A stretch of 32,000 bases of DNA from Opitutales bacterium (GTDB lineage: Bacteria; Verrucomicrobiota; Verrucomicrobiia; Opitutales; PNEW01). Position numbers and translations under genes: made by a program. The notes under the pieces were generated by a model. The model made no database searches and had not been told where the DNA came from. It saw only the letters and a program-made list of their open reading frames with translations. The DNA is taken from NCBI GenBank assembly GCA_965219535.1, contig CBDCNV010000001.1, positions 1,860,001 through 1,892,000 on the forward strand, read 5' to 3'. Below, one piece after another: positions 16,783 through 25,346 of this stretch. Positions within the stretch are counted from its first letter, which is position 1; every line of letters starts with the position of its first letter.

Positions 16783-18285
16783 ATGGAAAATACAGTTCGG
16801 TTACAAATGCGTGGTGTCTGTAAGCATTTTGGTGCAACCCGGGCATTAAACAATGTGAATTTCGAAATTAAGCAGGGTGAAGTACATGCATTGATTGGAG
16901 AAAATGGGGCGGGGAAAAGCACGCTCATGAAAATACTGAGCGGCGCATACTCTCCGGATAAAGGTGATATTGTCCTTGAGGGGAAACCCTTTGCTCCCGG
17001 CAATCCTTTAAACGCCCGAAAATCCGGGATTGCAATGATTTACCAGGAACTAAACCTCACGCCTCATCTCAGCGCTGAGGAAAATATATTGCTTGGTGAA
17101 GAGCCCAGTCGGTATGGGTGGATTGATTCTACGAAGCGACGTCAACTTGCTCAGGAAGCGATAGATAATCTCAACCATTCTCATCTGCCACTGGATAAAC
17201 CAGTCCATCTCCTTTCCCTTGCTGAACAGCAGGTAATAGAAATTGCACGCGCTAGTATCGGGTCAGCACAACTGATAATAATGGATGAACCGACGAGCAG
17301 TCTAACTAATGTCGACGTGGCCAATCTCTTTTCCATAATCAAAAAACTGCGTAATCAAGGAGCCAGTATTATTTACATCAGTCATTTTCTTGAGGAATGC
17401 CAGGAGATAGCTGACCGGTATACTGTACTGCGTGATGGTGTAACAGTCGGAAACGGGTCCATGAGTGACGTAAGTTTTAGCGAATTAATCCATCTCATGG
17501 TGGGGAGAGAGATTAATGAAATATTTCCTGAATCACCACACACCATAGGCGAGACAGTAATGGAGGTTAGTAATCTTGCCGGCTCCAGAAAACCGAGTCG
17601 CGTCAATTTTAGTTTACACAAAGGTGAAATCTTTGGGATTGCTGGACTTGTCGGTGCGGGTAGAACGGAAACCGTGCGTGCCTGCTTTGGCCTCGACGAT
17701 GTTGAAGAAGGAAGCATTTTTATCTATGGTAGCGACAAGACTCATTCTATTCCTCAAAAGCGATTGGATGATGGGGTTGGCTTTTTAAGCGAGAATCGCA
17801 AAGAAGAGGGGCTTATGCTTAACCGGAATGTGGCTGAGAATCTGACGACAACAAACTATTGTAGATTTACAAGCTGGGGGTTTATTGACAAAATCAAACA
17901 ACATACTTCCGCTAAACAGATGATAGATCGCCTGGATATTAAAATACGCGAACTGTCACAGTCAGTTAATGAGCTCTCCGGTGGTAATCAACAGAAGATA
18001 TCATTAGGGCGTCTCTTGCATCATAACGCTGAGATCTACATACTCGATGAACCTACTCGAGGTATCGACATCGCAAGTAAATCAGAAATTTACAAAATCA
18101 TGGGTGAATTGGCAACTGAAGGGAAAGCGGTAATTTTTATAAGTTCCTATCTGCCCGAATTACTGGGGGTATGTGACACAATTGGTGTTATGTGTCGCGG
18201 TGTAATGCAGGAATCTCGGCCCAAAGCTGAATGGACTGAAGATGAAATTTTAAGTGTCGCCATCGGTCAGCAAGCGGATGATTAA
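16783..18285 (+). CDS. Sugar ABC transporter ATP-binding protein (RbsA/MglA-type, duplicated ATPase domains)
   Basis: First half: GENGAGKST and IIMDEPTSSL. Second half: GLVGAGRTE, LSGGNQQK and ILDEPTRGID. At 500 aa it is a typical fused double-cassette monosaccharide importer ATPase. Confidence 0.92.
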   Translation: MENTVRLQMRGVCKHFGATRALNNVNFEIKQGEVHALIGENGAGKSTLMKILSGAYSPDKGDIVLEGKPFAPGNPLNARKSGIAMIYQELNLTPHLSAEENILLGEEPSRYGWIDSTKRRQLAQEAIDNLNHSHLPLDKPVHLLSLAEQQVIEIARASIGSAQLIIMDEPTSSLTNVDVANLFSIIKKLRNQGASIIYISHFLEECQEIADRYTVLRDGVTVGNGSMSDVSFSELIHLMVGREINEIFPESPHTIGETVMEVSNLAGSRKPSRVNFSLHKGEIFGIAGLVGAGRTETVRACFGLDDVEEGSIFIYGSDKTHSIPQKRLDDGVGFLSENRKEEGLMLNRNVAENLTTTNYCRFTSWGFIDKIKQHTSAKQMIDRLDIKIRELSQSVNELSGGNQQKISLGRLLHHNAEIYILDEPTRGIDIASKSEIYKIMGELATEGKAVIFISSYLPELLGVCDTIGVMCRGVMQESRPKAEWTEDEILSVAIGQQADD

Positions 18286-18297
18286 AACGTCTAACCA

Positions 18298-19287
18298 ATG
18301 AATGCGATGAAAGAAACTAAGTTGAGCAAGTATGCTTCCCAATACCCAATAATAGGACCTGTTTTGGGGCTTGTTCTCGTGGTATTACTATTTTCTAAAA
18401 CAAGAGGATTTTTAACTCCTAATAATATAACAATTATTTTAACTCAAACGGTGATCGTTACCATTGCCGCCCTTGGCATGACAAAAATAATCGTCAGTGG
18501 CGGTATTGATTTGAGCGTAGGTGCCGTTGTCGCATTTACCAGTGTTCTTGGTGCACATGCAGTTTCTGAAGGTCTGCCGATGGTCTTGGTCATTATCATC
18601 GCTCTCATTGGAGGCGGTTTGTTTGGGCTTATTAATGGGACCATCATCGCAGGTTTTAAAATGAATCCTTTCATCGTCACATTGGGTATGATGGGGGTAG
18701 CGCGAGGAGCCTCCAAGTGGTTGGGTAAGAACCAGACTGTTAATTATGATCCCGAATCATCAATTAACTTTCTCATGAACAATCCGTCACAGATTGGCGG
18801 TAATGAAATCCCCTTGTGGCTTCCACCTATTGGTGTAGTCGTGGCACTATTAATGGCGGCCGTGATCAGTACGGTGATGAATAAAACTGTATTCGGGCGT
18901 CATATTTATGCGATCGGTTCGAATGAAGCAACCGCGCGTCTCTGTGGGATTCGTACGGAATTGACCAAGCTTAAAGTATATCTTTTCGCTGGATTGCTTT
19001 ACGGCCTTGCAGGTGTTATGCAACTGTCCCGTTTGCAACAAGGTGATCCCACTGTTGCTATTGGCCTTGAGCTTGATGTGATTGCCGCAGTTGTAATTGG
19101 AGGAGCCAGCTTAAGTGGTGGCACCGGGAGCATATTCGGTGCGGTTATCGGCGCTTTAATTATGGCGACCTTGCGGAACGGTTCGGACCAGGTAGGTTGG
19201 CCGAACTATGCTCAAGAGATTATTATTGGCTTAGTAATTGTCCTCGCGGTAGGACTTGATCGCTTGCGTCAAAGGCGAATTAATTAG
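18298..19287 (+). CDS. Sugar ABC transporter permease (RbsC-like, BPD_transp_2)
   Basis: 329 aa, about 9-10 TM helices. GGIDLSVGA and IIGGASLSGGTGS are typical of RbsC/XylH-type permeases. Confidence 0.88.
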   Translation: MNAMKETKLSKYASQYPIIGPVLGLVLVVLLFSKTRGFLTPNNITIILTQTVIVTIAALGMTKIIVSGGIDLSVGAVVAFTSVLGAHAVSEGLPMVLVIIIALIGGGLFGLINGTIIAGFKMNPFIVTLGMMGVARGASKWLGKNQTVNYDPESSINFLMNNPSQIGGNEIPLWLPPIGVVVALLMAAVISTVMNKTVFGRHIYAIGSNEATARLCGIRTELTKLKVYLFAGLLYGLAGVMQLSRLQQGDPTVAIGLELDVIAAVVIGGASLSGGTGSIFGAVIGALIMATLRNGSDQVGWPNYAQEIIIGLVIVLAVGLDRLRQRRIN

Positions 19288-19394
19288 CGATAATTTAAAT
19301 TATTGATGATGGTGAATAGAGTAATAAGCATTTTAAATTGACAGGTTTAAGTTTTCTTAAATTTATAAATAAAAACAGGATTCTTAAATACGCT

Positions 19395-20396
19395 ATGGGT
19401 AAATTTAAATTAGTAGATAAAAAGATTGGTCGCACCGATATAATGATGAGGTCAGTTAGCTTGGGCTGCGTAACCTTCGGGAGAGAAATAGACGAAGAGA
19501 CATCATGGAAGATACTCGATTACGCGATGGAAGCAGGTATAAAGTTGTACGACACCGCCGAAATGTATGGGGGCGGTAACGCTAAGGAAAATCGTAAAAA
19601 TTGGATGGGGATTGACGATACGAGAGAAGTAACGACAGAAATGTATTCTTCAGAAAAAATACTCTCCCGATGGATGAAAGATCGTGACTGCCGGAATGAG
19701 ATGGTTATTTGCACCAAGGTTAGTGGGGGAAACAATGATCCTGATAACATTCGCCGTAAAGTAGGGGACAGCCTGGAACGGCTTGGCGTGGATAGTGTCG
19801 AGGTTTACATGCTTCATGAACCGGATGAAAATGTCCCGATCGCTGAATCACTTGAAGCCCTCAACGAGCAGGTAGTTGCAGGAAAAGTAAAATCAATTGG
19901 GTGCAGTAATTTTACGGCTGAAATGCTGAAGGAATCCCTGGAAGTCAGTGAAAAAAATGGATGGGCACGTTTTGAAATTACAGAACCACCCTTTAGTTTA
20001 GCAGATCGAAGGTATGAGGCCGATTTTTTACCCTTATGCTTAAAAGAAGAAATTTCGACGATACCCTATAGTCCACTCGCCGCTGGATTTCTTGCGGGTA
20101 AGTATTCACCTGACAAAGATAAATTACCAAAGGGCACACGGTTCGATATTTCTCCCGGTCATGCAGACATATATTTTAATGATCACAATTTTAGGGTCGT
20201 GGATCAATTGCGTGAAAAAGCTAAGGAAATGGATATTCCGATGGTTCAATTAGCGATGGCGTGGGTCATGACTGATCCTTGTGTTACGAGCACGCTTATC
20301 GGCGCGCGTAAAACAGAGCATATTGACAATGCTATTAGTGCCTTGGAAATGAACCTTGATCCTGGATTAAGAGAAGAAATATCAAATTGGGATTAA
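19395..20396 (+). CDS. Aldo/keto reductase
   Basis: The blocks LGCVTFG, LYDTAEMYGGG, ICTKV, VEVYMLHEPD, IGCSNF, PYSPLAAGFL and LIGARK match AKR barrel motifs. ATG 19395 (MGKFKL...) is preferred to the upstream TTG at 19338. An extra insertion of about 20 aa follows the DTAEMYG block. Confidence 0.85.
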   Translation: MGKFKLVDKKIGRTDIMMRSVSLGCVTFGREIDEETSWKILDYAMEAGIKLYDTAEMYGGGNAKENRKNWMGIDDTREVTTEMYSSEKILSRWMKDRDCRNEMVICTKVSGGNNDPDNIRRKVGDSLERLGVDSVEVYMLHEPDENVPIAESLEALNEQVVAGKVKSIGCSNFTAEMLKESLEVSEKNGWARFEITEPPFSLADRRYEADFLPLCLKEEISTIPYSPLAAGFLAGKYSPDKDKLPKGTRFDISPGHADIYFNDHNFRVVDQLREKAKEMDIPMVQLAMAWVMTDPCVTSTLIGARKTEHIDNAISALEMNLDPGLREEISNWD

Positions 20397-20780
20397 TAGA
20401 CTCGAATTCTAAGTAAATAGCCGTAAGTGGCTTATTTAACTTTTTAAGTTTTACTCCATCAGGTCTGTCAATCGTTAAGGGCACAGACACTGTCTGAGGA
20501 GATAGCAGCGAGGCGTATGGATCCGCATTATGTATTTATTTTTGTGATATTCGCAACATGAACTACAATGATAATCAAACCTTAACCGGCATTAATAAAT
20601 TAGCGTTTGATCGAAGAGCTTCAATTTTCACGGGAAGACAATTTCATGCTTTATTTAAGCGCTTTTTGCGATTTAGATCTTTAATGATTCGATTGTTTTC
20701 AGTTTTTGAATTCATGATAAAAAATTATTCTCGCTTTAATCTAATCTACCTTCACTACAAGAATAATAAATTTAAACATT

Positions 20781-21560
20781 ATGCCCCGCTATCTTATAAA
20801 GATTTTTATTATTCTCCTACTGTTAATATTCAATGGTTGTACTGATCAACAGATCGAGGTCATATCAGAAATTCAGGAAAAGCATTACCTCAGAGGTAAA
20901 AGCCTGCTTCGGGAAGGGAGAAAACAAGAAGCGCTTGAAGCTTTTCTGAAAGTTGTGAATAAACGCGATGATGCTGCAGAGTCACACCTGGAATCAGGAC
21001 GACTAAGTCTTACTCATATCAAGGATCCCATTGCTGCAATTTATCATTTCCGTAAATATCTGGAACTCAAACCGGACGCTACGCAATCGAAACTTGTTCG
21101 TCAGCTTATTGAAACAGCTCAAAAGGACTTTGCGAGAAGCTTGCCCGGGCAACCTTTTGAAGGCGAATTTGAGCGACTTGATTTAATGAATTTAATAGAA
21201 CAGTTAAAAAATGAAAATCTTGAGCTTAAAAAGACTTTCGCTGAGTCCATTCAACGATTTGAAAAGTCACAAAAGAAATTTAATTTATTGCAGGATCAAA
21301 TTATCGCTCATGCGCAATCACAAGCAGCAGAAAATGAGAATAATCCTACTCAGAATGTTCAACCAGTTACACCACCTGCGGTTATTAATAATGTGATACG
21401 ACCTGAAGTTTATATTGTCCAACCTGGGGACACACTTAGCCGGATAAGCAGGAAACTTTATAATACACCGGGGCGCTGGAGAGATATTTTTAATGCGAAC
21501 CGGGATGTGCTCCCTAGTCCACATGCAATCAGAGTGGGGCAAGAGTTAAGGGTCCCATGA
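20781..21560 (+). CDS. Putative lipoprotein with TPR-like/coiled-coil region and a C-terminal LysM peptidoglycan-binding domain
   Basis: Signal peptide ending LLLIFNGC. The central section is heptad-like (NLIEQLKNENLELKKTFAESIQRFEKSQKKF). The C-terminus YIVQPGDTLSRISRKLYNTPGRWRDIFNANRDVL....IRVGQELRVP is a canonical LysM. Confidence 0.75.
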   Translation: MPRYLIKIFIILLLLIFNGCTDQQIEVISEIQEKHYLRGKSLLREGRKQEALEAFLKVVNKRDDAAESHLESGRLSLTHIKDPIAAIYHFRKYLELKPDATQSKLVRQLIETAQKDFARSLPGQPFEGEFERLDLMNLIEQLKNENLELKKTFAESIQRFEKSQKKFNLLQDQIIAHAQSQAAENENNPTQNVQPVTPPAVINNVIRPEVYIVQPGDTLSRISRKLYNTPGRWRDIFNANRDVLPSPHAIRVGQELRVP

Positions 21561-21618
21561 TTTGATATTACAGAAAAACACTGTTAGGTTTAATCACGAT
21601 ATTATATGATTTATTTCG

Positions 21619-21641
21619 AGGCGTTTATCCGCCTTATTTTT
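21619..21641 (+). terminator. Candidate Rho-independent terminator after the LysM gene
   Basis: AGGCG (21619-21623) pairs with CGCCT (21630-21634) across a 6-nt loop, followed by TATTTTT. The stem is short, so the call is tentative. Confidence 0.35.
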
Positions 21642-21660
21642 AACCCCATATTTTAATATA

Positions 21661-22824
21661 ATGAAATATTTTGACTTCAATGCAACGACTCCGCTGTCTT
21701 CTGTTGCAGAAGAAGTTTGGATTAAGACTAATCGAGAATACTGGCAAAATCCATCCAGTCCCTACGCACCATCCGCGCGTGCAAAAAATTACCTTGAATC
21801 GTTACGCGAGCGTTTTGCTTCAATTCTCGGTTGTCAGTCGAATAACATTGTTTTTAACTCAGGTGCAACAGAAGGAAATAATGCCGTCATTGATTATTTC
21901 GCTAAGAATAGATTGCCCCATACCCGTATTTTAATTTCGGCAATCGAACACCCCAGTGTGTTGAAAGCTGCGGAAAACGCATTTTTTCAGAAAGCTGATT
22001 TTATTCCCGTTTCAGCATCCGGTGTTGTCGAGATTGCCAAATTACGATCGCTGATTAAAGATGAAAAGTATTCACTAGTTTCTGTAATGGCCGCAAATAA
22101 TGAAACGGGTGTCATTCAACCTTGGAAAAAAATATTGGAAATATGTAATGAAAATCATATTTCCTATCATTGCGATGCATCACAATGGGTGGGAAAACTG
22201 CGATCAGAGGAACTTGGAAAATGTGATTTTGTGACCGCTTGTGCACACAAATTTGGGGGACCCAAGGGGGTCGGATTTATTAAAATTTCTGATCATTACG
22301 CCGATTTCAGATCCCTTCAAGGGGGTGAACAAGAATCTGGTCATCGCGGTGGGACGGAAAATATACCGGCGATAGCAGCAATGCTGTCTGCATTGGAAGA
22401 AAGATTATTAAATATCGAAGCTAGAGCAAAGGACCAAGAATCATGGAAAAATGAATTTTTGAATATACTAACGAATAGTGTTTCCGGTGTAAAAATTGTC
22501 GCGAATGAATCAGACCGATTATGGAACACAGTTTCTCTGATATTACCACAGCACGATAACACACGCTGGGTAATCCTGCTGGATAAACTTGGATTTGCTA
22601 TTTCCACAGGTTCGGCTTGTGCGAGCGGTAAAGAAGGTCCTTCACATGTTTTGGCGGCAATGAAATATTCTCCTGAAGAAATGCGCCGTGTAATAAGAAT
22701 AAGTGGGGGTAGTGATACCTCCCGGAAAGCGTGGCACGAACTAAGTGAAGCCTTCATTCGGGTCTGGAAAGATCTCAATACTTCCTTATCCGGATCGAGC
22801 AAGACACGAATTATTTCGATATAA
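21661..22824 (+). CDS. Cysteine desulfurase family protein (class V aminotransferase, NifS/IscS-like)
   Basis: The start YFDFNATTP, SGATEGNN, PLP-lysine block ACAHKFGGPKGVG and active-site Cys block STGSACASG. Confidence 0.85.
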   Translation: MKYFDFNATTPLSSVAEEVWIKTNREYWQNPSSPYAPSARAKNYLESLRERFASILGCQSNNIVFNSGATEGNNAVIDYFAKNRLPHTRILISAIEHPSVLKAAENAFFQKADFIPVSASGVVEIAKLRSLIKDEKYSLVSVMAANNETGVIQPWKKILEICNENHISYHCDASQWVGKLRSEELGKCDFVTACAHKFGGPKGVGFIKISDHYADFRSLQGGEQESGHRGGTENIPAIAAMLSALEERLLNIEARAKDQESWKNEFLNILTNSVSGVKIVANESDRLWNTVSLILPQHDNTRWVILLDKLGFAISTGSACASGKEGPSHVLAAMKYSPEEMRRVIRISGGSDTSRKAWHELSEAFIRVWKDLNTSLSGSSKTRIISI

Positions 22825-22857
22825 TATCACATAACTCTATTAATATAGAATATTCTT

Positions 22858-23445
22858 ATGGCGCGTAAGTCGGCGAGAAGACTTTGGACGGAAAAAGTTA
22901 AAGGCGATAGACAAAATAACTTCGTTTGGGGTAAAGGCGATTTTAAGCTGGGCGAGGTATTTTATGGCAGAATTCTTGGTATCGACCCTAGTCTACGTTC
23001 GACGGGATTAGCAGTTTTGGATTTTAATCGTAAAACTCAGGCACAGCTTTTATTTAGACAAACGATCAAGCTGAAGCCGAAACTGACAATGGCAGATTGT
23101 CTTGCGGCTATATCACGAGCAATAGACGAAGTGATAAGCAAATACGCGCTAGACTGTGTTGCTGTGGAACAGACGATTTATGTACAAAATTTTCAAACCG
23201 CACAGATACTCGGCGCAGCACGCGGTGCCGCAATTGCCGCTGTCGCACTGCGAGATCTTCCGATCATGGAATATCCACCGTTGAGGATTAAACAAGCGGT
23301 AGTCGGATATGGTCGAGCGAGTAAAGAACAGGTAGCGCGAACGGTAGGGCAACTTTTAGGGACAAAATCTGAATTAACTTTTGACGAGGCAGATGCTGCA
23401 AGTGTAGCGCTCTGTCATGCGTTGACATTCAGGGCTCAATCTTAA
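22858..23445 (+). CDS. ruvC: Crossover junction endodeoxyribonuclease RuvC, with a basic N-terminal extension of about 38 aa
   Basis: ILGIDPSLRSTGLAVLD (first catalytic Asp), VAVEQTIYVQNFQTAQILGAARGAAIAA and FDEADAASVALCHA are the RuvC catalytic blocks. No in-frame ATG, GTG or TTG lies between 22858 and the ILGIDPS block. Confidence 0.88.
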   Translation: MARKSARRLWTEKVKGDRQNNFVWGKGDFKLGEVFYGRILGIDPSLRSTGLAVLDFNRKTQAQLLFRQTIKLKPKLTMADCLAAISRAIDEVISKYALDCVAVEQTIYVQNFQTAQILGAARGAAIAAVALRDLPIMEYPPLRIKQAVVGYGRASKEQVARTVGQLLGTKSELTFDEADAASVALCHALTFRAQS

Positions 23446-23909
23446 GCAATAGATTTTTTCTTTTCCTCAATACAGAGACGCAGAGGATTTTCATGATGTG
23501 TAATCGCAGATACCATCATTTCAAATTCATTCTGTCTTGAGAGATATCTGGCGATATAGATGTGATCCCCTTTATCGCTTGTTATACGATAATAGCCCAG
23601 ACCTAAGTAGTTAAGCGTGTGGGCTTCAGCAATTTCATTCCAAGGGATGAAATACGTATTCCCCCAACAAGTGTAACTACAAACACCTTCTGAGCTTATC
23701 TCGCTTTTTAGAAGCCACACTAAAATCAAGGAAGTTACTATTGAAATTATAGTGGTTAGTTCGAGGCTACCCGTATAGTTGACATTTCTCAACGGTATGC
23801 CGACAAGGAAAATTATTCGAAGGATATCGAAAAGCCATAATACTGCTATTGTCCAGAGAACGAGGGTAGAGTAGCAGCAACGGTAAATTTGTTTAAGCTG
23901 GCTAGACAT
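23442..23909 (-). CDS. Hypothetical membrane protein (two or three N-terminal TM helices plus a small soluble C-terminal domain)
   Basis: Hydrophobic stretches are VLWTIAVLWLFDILRIIFLVGI and LELTTIISIVTSLILVWLL. No family recognised. Its stop codon overlaps the ruvC stop in the palindrome TTAA (23442-23445). Confidence 0.5.
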   Translation of the reverse strand: MSSQLKQIYRCCYSTLVLWTIAVLWLFDILRIIFLVGIPLRNVNYTGSLELTTIISIVTSLILVWLLKSEISSEGVCSYTCWGNTYFIPWNEIAEAHTLNYLGLGYYRITSDKGDHIYIARYLSRQNEFEMMVSAITHHENPLRLCIEEKKKSIA

Positions 23910-23937
23910 AATTCTGCTGCCTCTAATATATAAACCT

Positions 23938-23965
23938 GGAACCGAATTTCGATCAAGAACTCTAA
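23938..23965 (+). promoter_or_regulatory. Second copy of the GGAAC-N17-CTCTAA ECF-type promoter-like motif (orientation antisense to neighbouring genes)
   Basis: GGAAC 23938-23942, 17-nt spacer, CTCTAA 23960-23965. The same half-sites occur upstream of the ECF sigma gene at 27926-27954. There is no + strand gene downstream, so function is doubtful. Confidence 0.2.
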
Positions 23966-24031
23966 ACGAAGAGATTTTTCAGGATTTTTGCTCTGTATTT
24001 TAGTAAATAAGTATAATTAAAAGGAGGATTA

Positions 24032-24478
24032 CTATATGCGGCCTTCCTCGATATCATAGACATCAAACCAAGTGTAAACGCGCCGATTTTCAGGAATCGA
24101 TTTTCTTATGTAACCTTCAAGAAATAATTGTAATTGAATTGGGAGTTCAGTGATACGTGTTTGGCGCATTTTTAGGTTCCAGAGCTTAATAGTATCTTCA
24201 GAGTGATGGGATTGTTCCATGATCCAAGCAGCCACTTCTTCATCATTAGCATCACTTTCAACCAATTGCTTAAAAGCGAGATTACTAATACCTGAAAAAT
24301 TTAAAAAAAAGCCATCTAGAGGACAGTCAAAATGATATTCTCCATTGGTGTTATTTACAAATGCTCTGCATTTATCCAGCATGCGTGCGGCAATGACATA
24401 ACCGGCCAATGTTTCATGGGGACTACGCGGAAATTCTTTTCTTAAATCTTTAGCCAAAGAGTTTAAATTTTTATTCAT
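24032..24478 (-). CDS. DUF5069 domain-containing protein
   Basis: EFPRSPHETLAGYVIAARMLDKCRA ... EYHFDCPLD ... TWFDVYDIEEGR follows the DUF5069 pattern as I recall it (PRSP...LGG...l.R..DK.RA ... Y.y.CPLD). Identified by eye. Confidence 0.65.
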   Translation of the reverse strand: MNKNLNSLAKDLRKEFPRSPHETLAGYVIAARMLDKCRAFVNNTNGEYHFDCPLDGFFLNFSGISNLAFKQLVESDANDEEVAAWIMEQSHHSEDTIKLWNLKMRQTRITELPIQLQLFLEGYIRKSIPENRRVYTWFDVYDIEEGRI

Positions 24479-24502
24479 AATTTGCGTACCTTATTATGGG
24501 GG

Positions 24503-25324
24503 TTAAAAAAGCGACTTAAAAATATTGAAATGGTAATTTTCTCCAAGGTTACTCTGGTCATTCAAGCCCCAGTGATAATCTCTGAAACCTATTTTATAAT
24601 TATCTTCTGCTATGAAGATTTGATATTCCTTGGGACTATATTTTACGAGAATTTTTTTTAAACCGCCTAATGACTTAAAGTCGTCTTCAAACCATTTAAA
24701 AATAAGTGATAACTCTACCTTATTTTTTTCCGGATAAAAGGTATTTAACGCAGGATTGCCTAACCATTGACTGTAAACAGCATCAATCATAATATCTAAA
24801 TTTTCTACGGTATAGGCTTTTGGCTGCAATGGTGGGCAACTACGCGCAGCACAGACAATTGCTGAATGCACTCGCCATCCAATCAATGGGCGCAAATTAT
24901 CATGTTCTATCTCATCAAGCGAAACTTTCTTTCCTCCGATAATATGGCGTTTTTCAGTCCATGAATCAGGGAGCGCGCGGATGCTTTCAGTGGGATAATT
25001 TTCCAATATCCATTTGAGTGTAAAAGCGTTATAAGCATTAATTAATGAAGCTACTTTTTCTCTCCCCTCTGCCAATCTCTCGGTGGCGTCGGCGTATTGC
25101 AAAAGATAATTATTCAGGGCTTTTTGGTCATCCTTATTTTTTTTCCATGATTGATAATTAACAAGGCCTTGTTTGTTAACGTATTTATCAAGGAGGCGAC
25201 TAAACTCGGTATGGTTAATACCGCGTGGAAGATCTATCGTAGTCGATGCATCAGCGCTGTAAGCGATGATTAATAAAAATATGAAGCCTGATATAAGACA
25301 ATAGGGTTTTTTTAAGACAGGCAT
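24503..25324 (-). CDS. DUF547 domain-containing protein, exported (signal peptide)
   Basis: N-terminal signal LISGFIFLLIIAYSADA. DUF547 blocks are LINAYNAFTLKWILENYP, IIGGKKVSLDEIEH and HSAIVCAARSCPPL (a CX4C pair). Confidence 0.85.
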   Translation of the reverse strand: MPVLKKPYCLISGFIFLLIIAYSADASTTIDLPRGINHTEFSRLLDKYVNKQGLVNYQSWKKNKDDQKALNNYLLQYADATERLAEGREKVASLINAYNAFTLKWILENYPTESIRALPDSWTEKRHIIGGKKVSLDEIEHDNLRPLIGWRVHSAIVCAARSCPPLQPKAYTVENLDIMIDAVYSQWLGNPALNTFYPEKNKVELSLIFKWFEDDFKSLGGLKKILVKYSPKEYQIFIAEDNYKIGFRDYHWGLNDQSNLGENYHFNIFKSLF

Positions 25325-25346
25325 ATTCTTTCAATCGGCACTACCG

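Noticed and set aside
18916-18924. GGTTCGAAT, a tRNA T-arm-like motif
   Set aside because: It lies inside the well-supported sugar permease CDS. There is no flanking acceptor, D-arm or anticodon-arm complementarity. I saw no other tRNA-like structure in the intergenic regions.
20463-20520. Possible SRP RNA or riboswitch because of CAGGTC ... GAGGAGATAGCAGCG
   Set aside because: The spacing and sequence do not match the conserved 4.5S helix-8 motif (GGAA tetraloop flanked by the AGCA loops). No long closing helix is visible. It is kept only as a low-interest hairpin observation.
20558-20845. 95-aa ORF in the track (MNYNDNQTLTGINKLAFDRR...)
   Set aside because: It lies in an AT-rich intergenic stretch and its composition is dominated by F/N/K/Y/I/L, as expected from random AT-rich DNA. 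It has no recognisable motif. It overlaps by 65 nt the well-supported LysM lipoprotein gene, which has a proper signal peptide.
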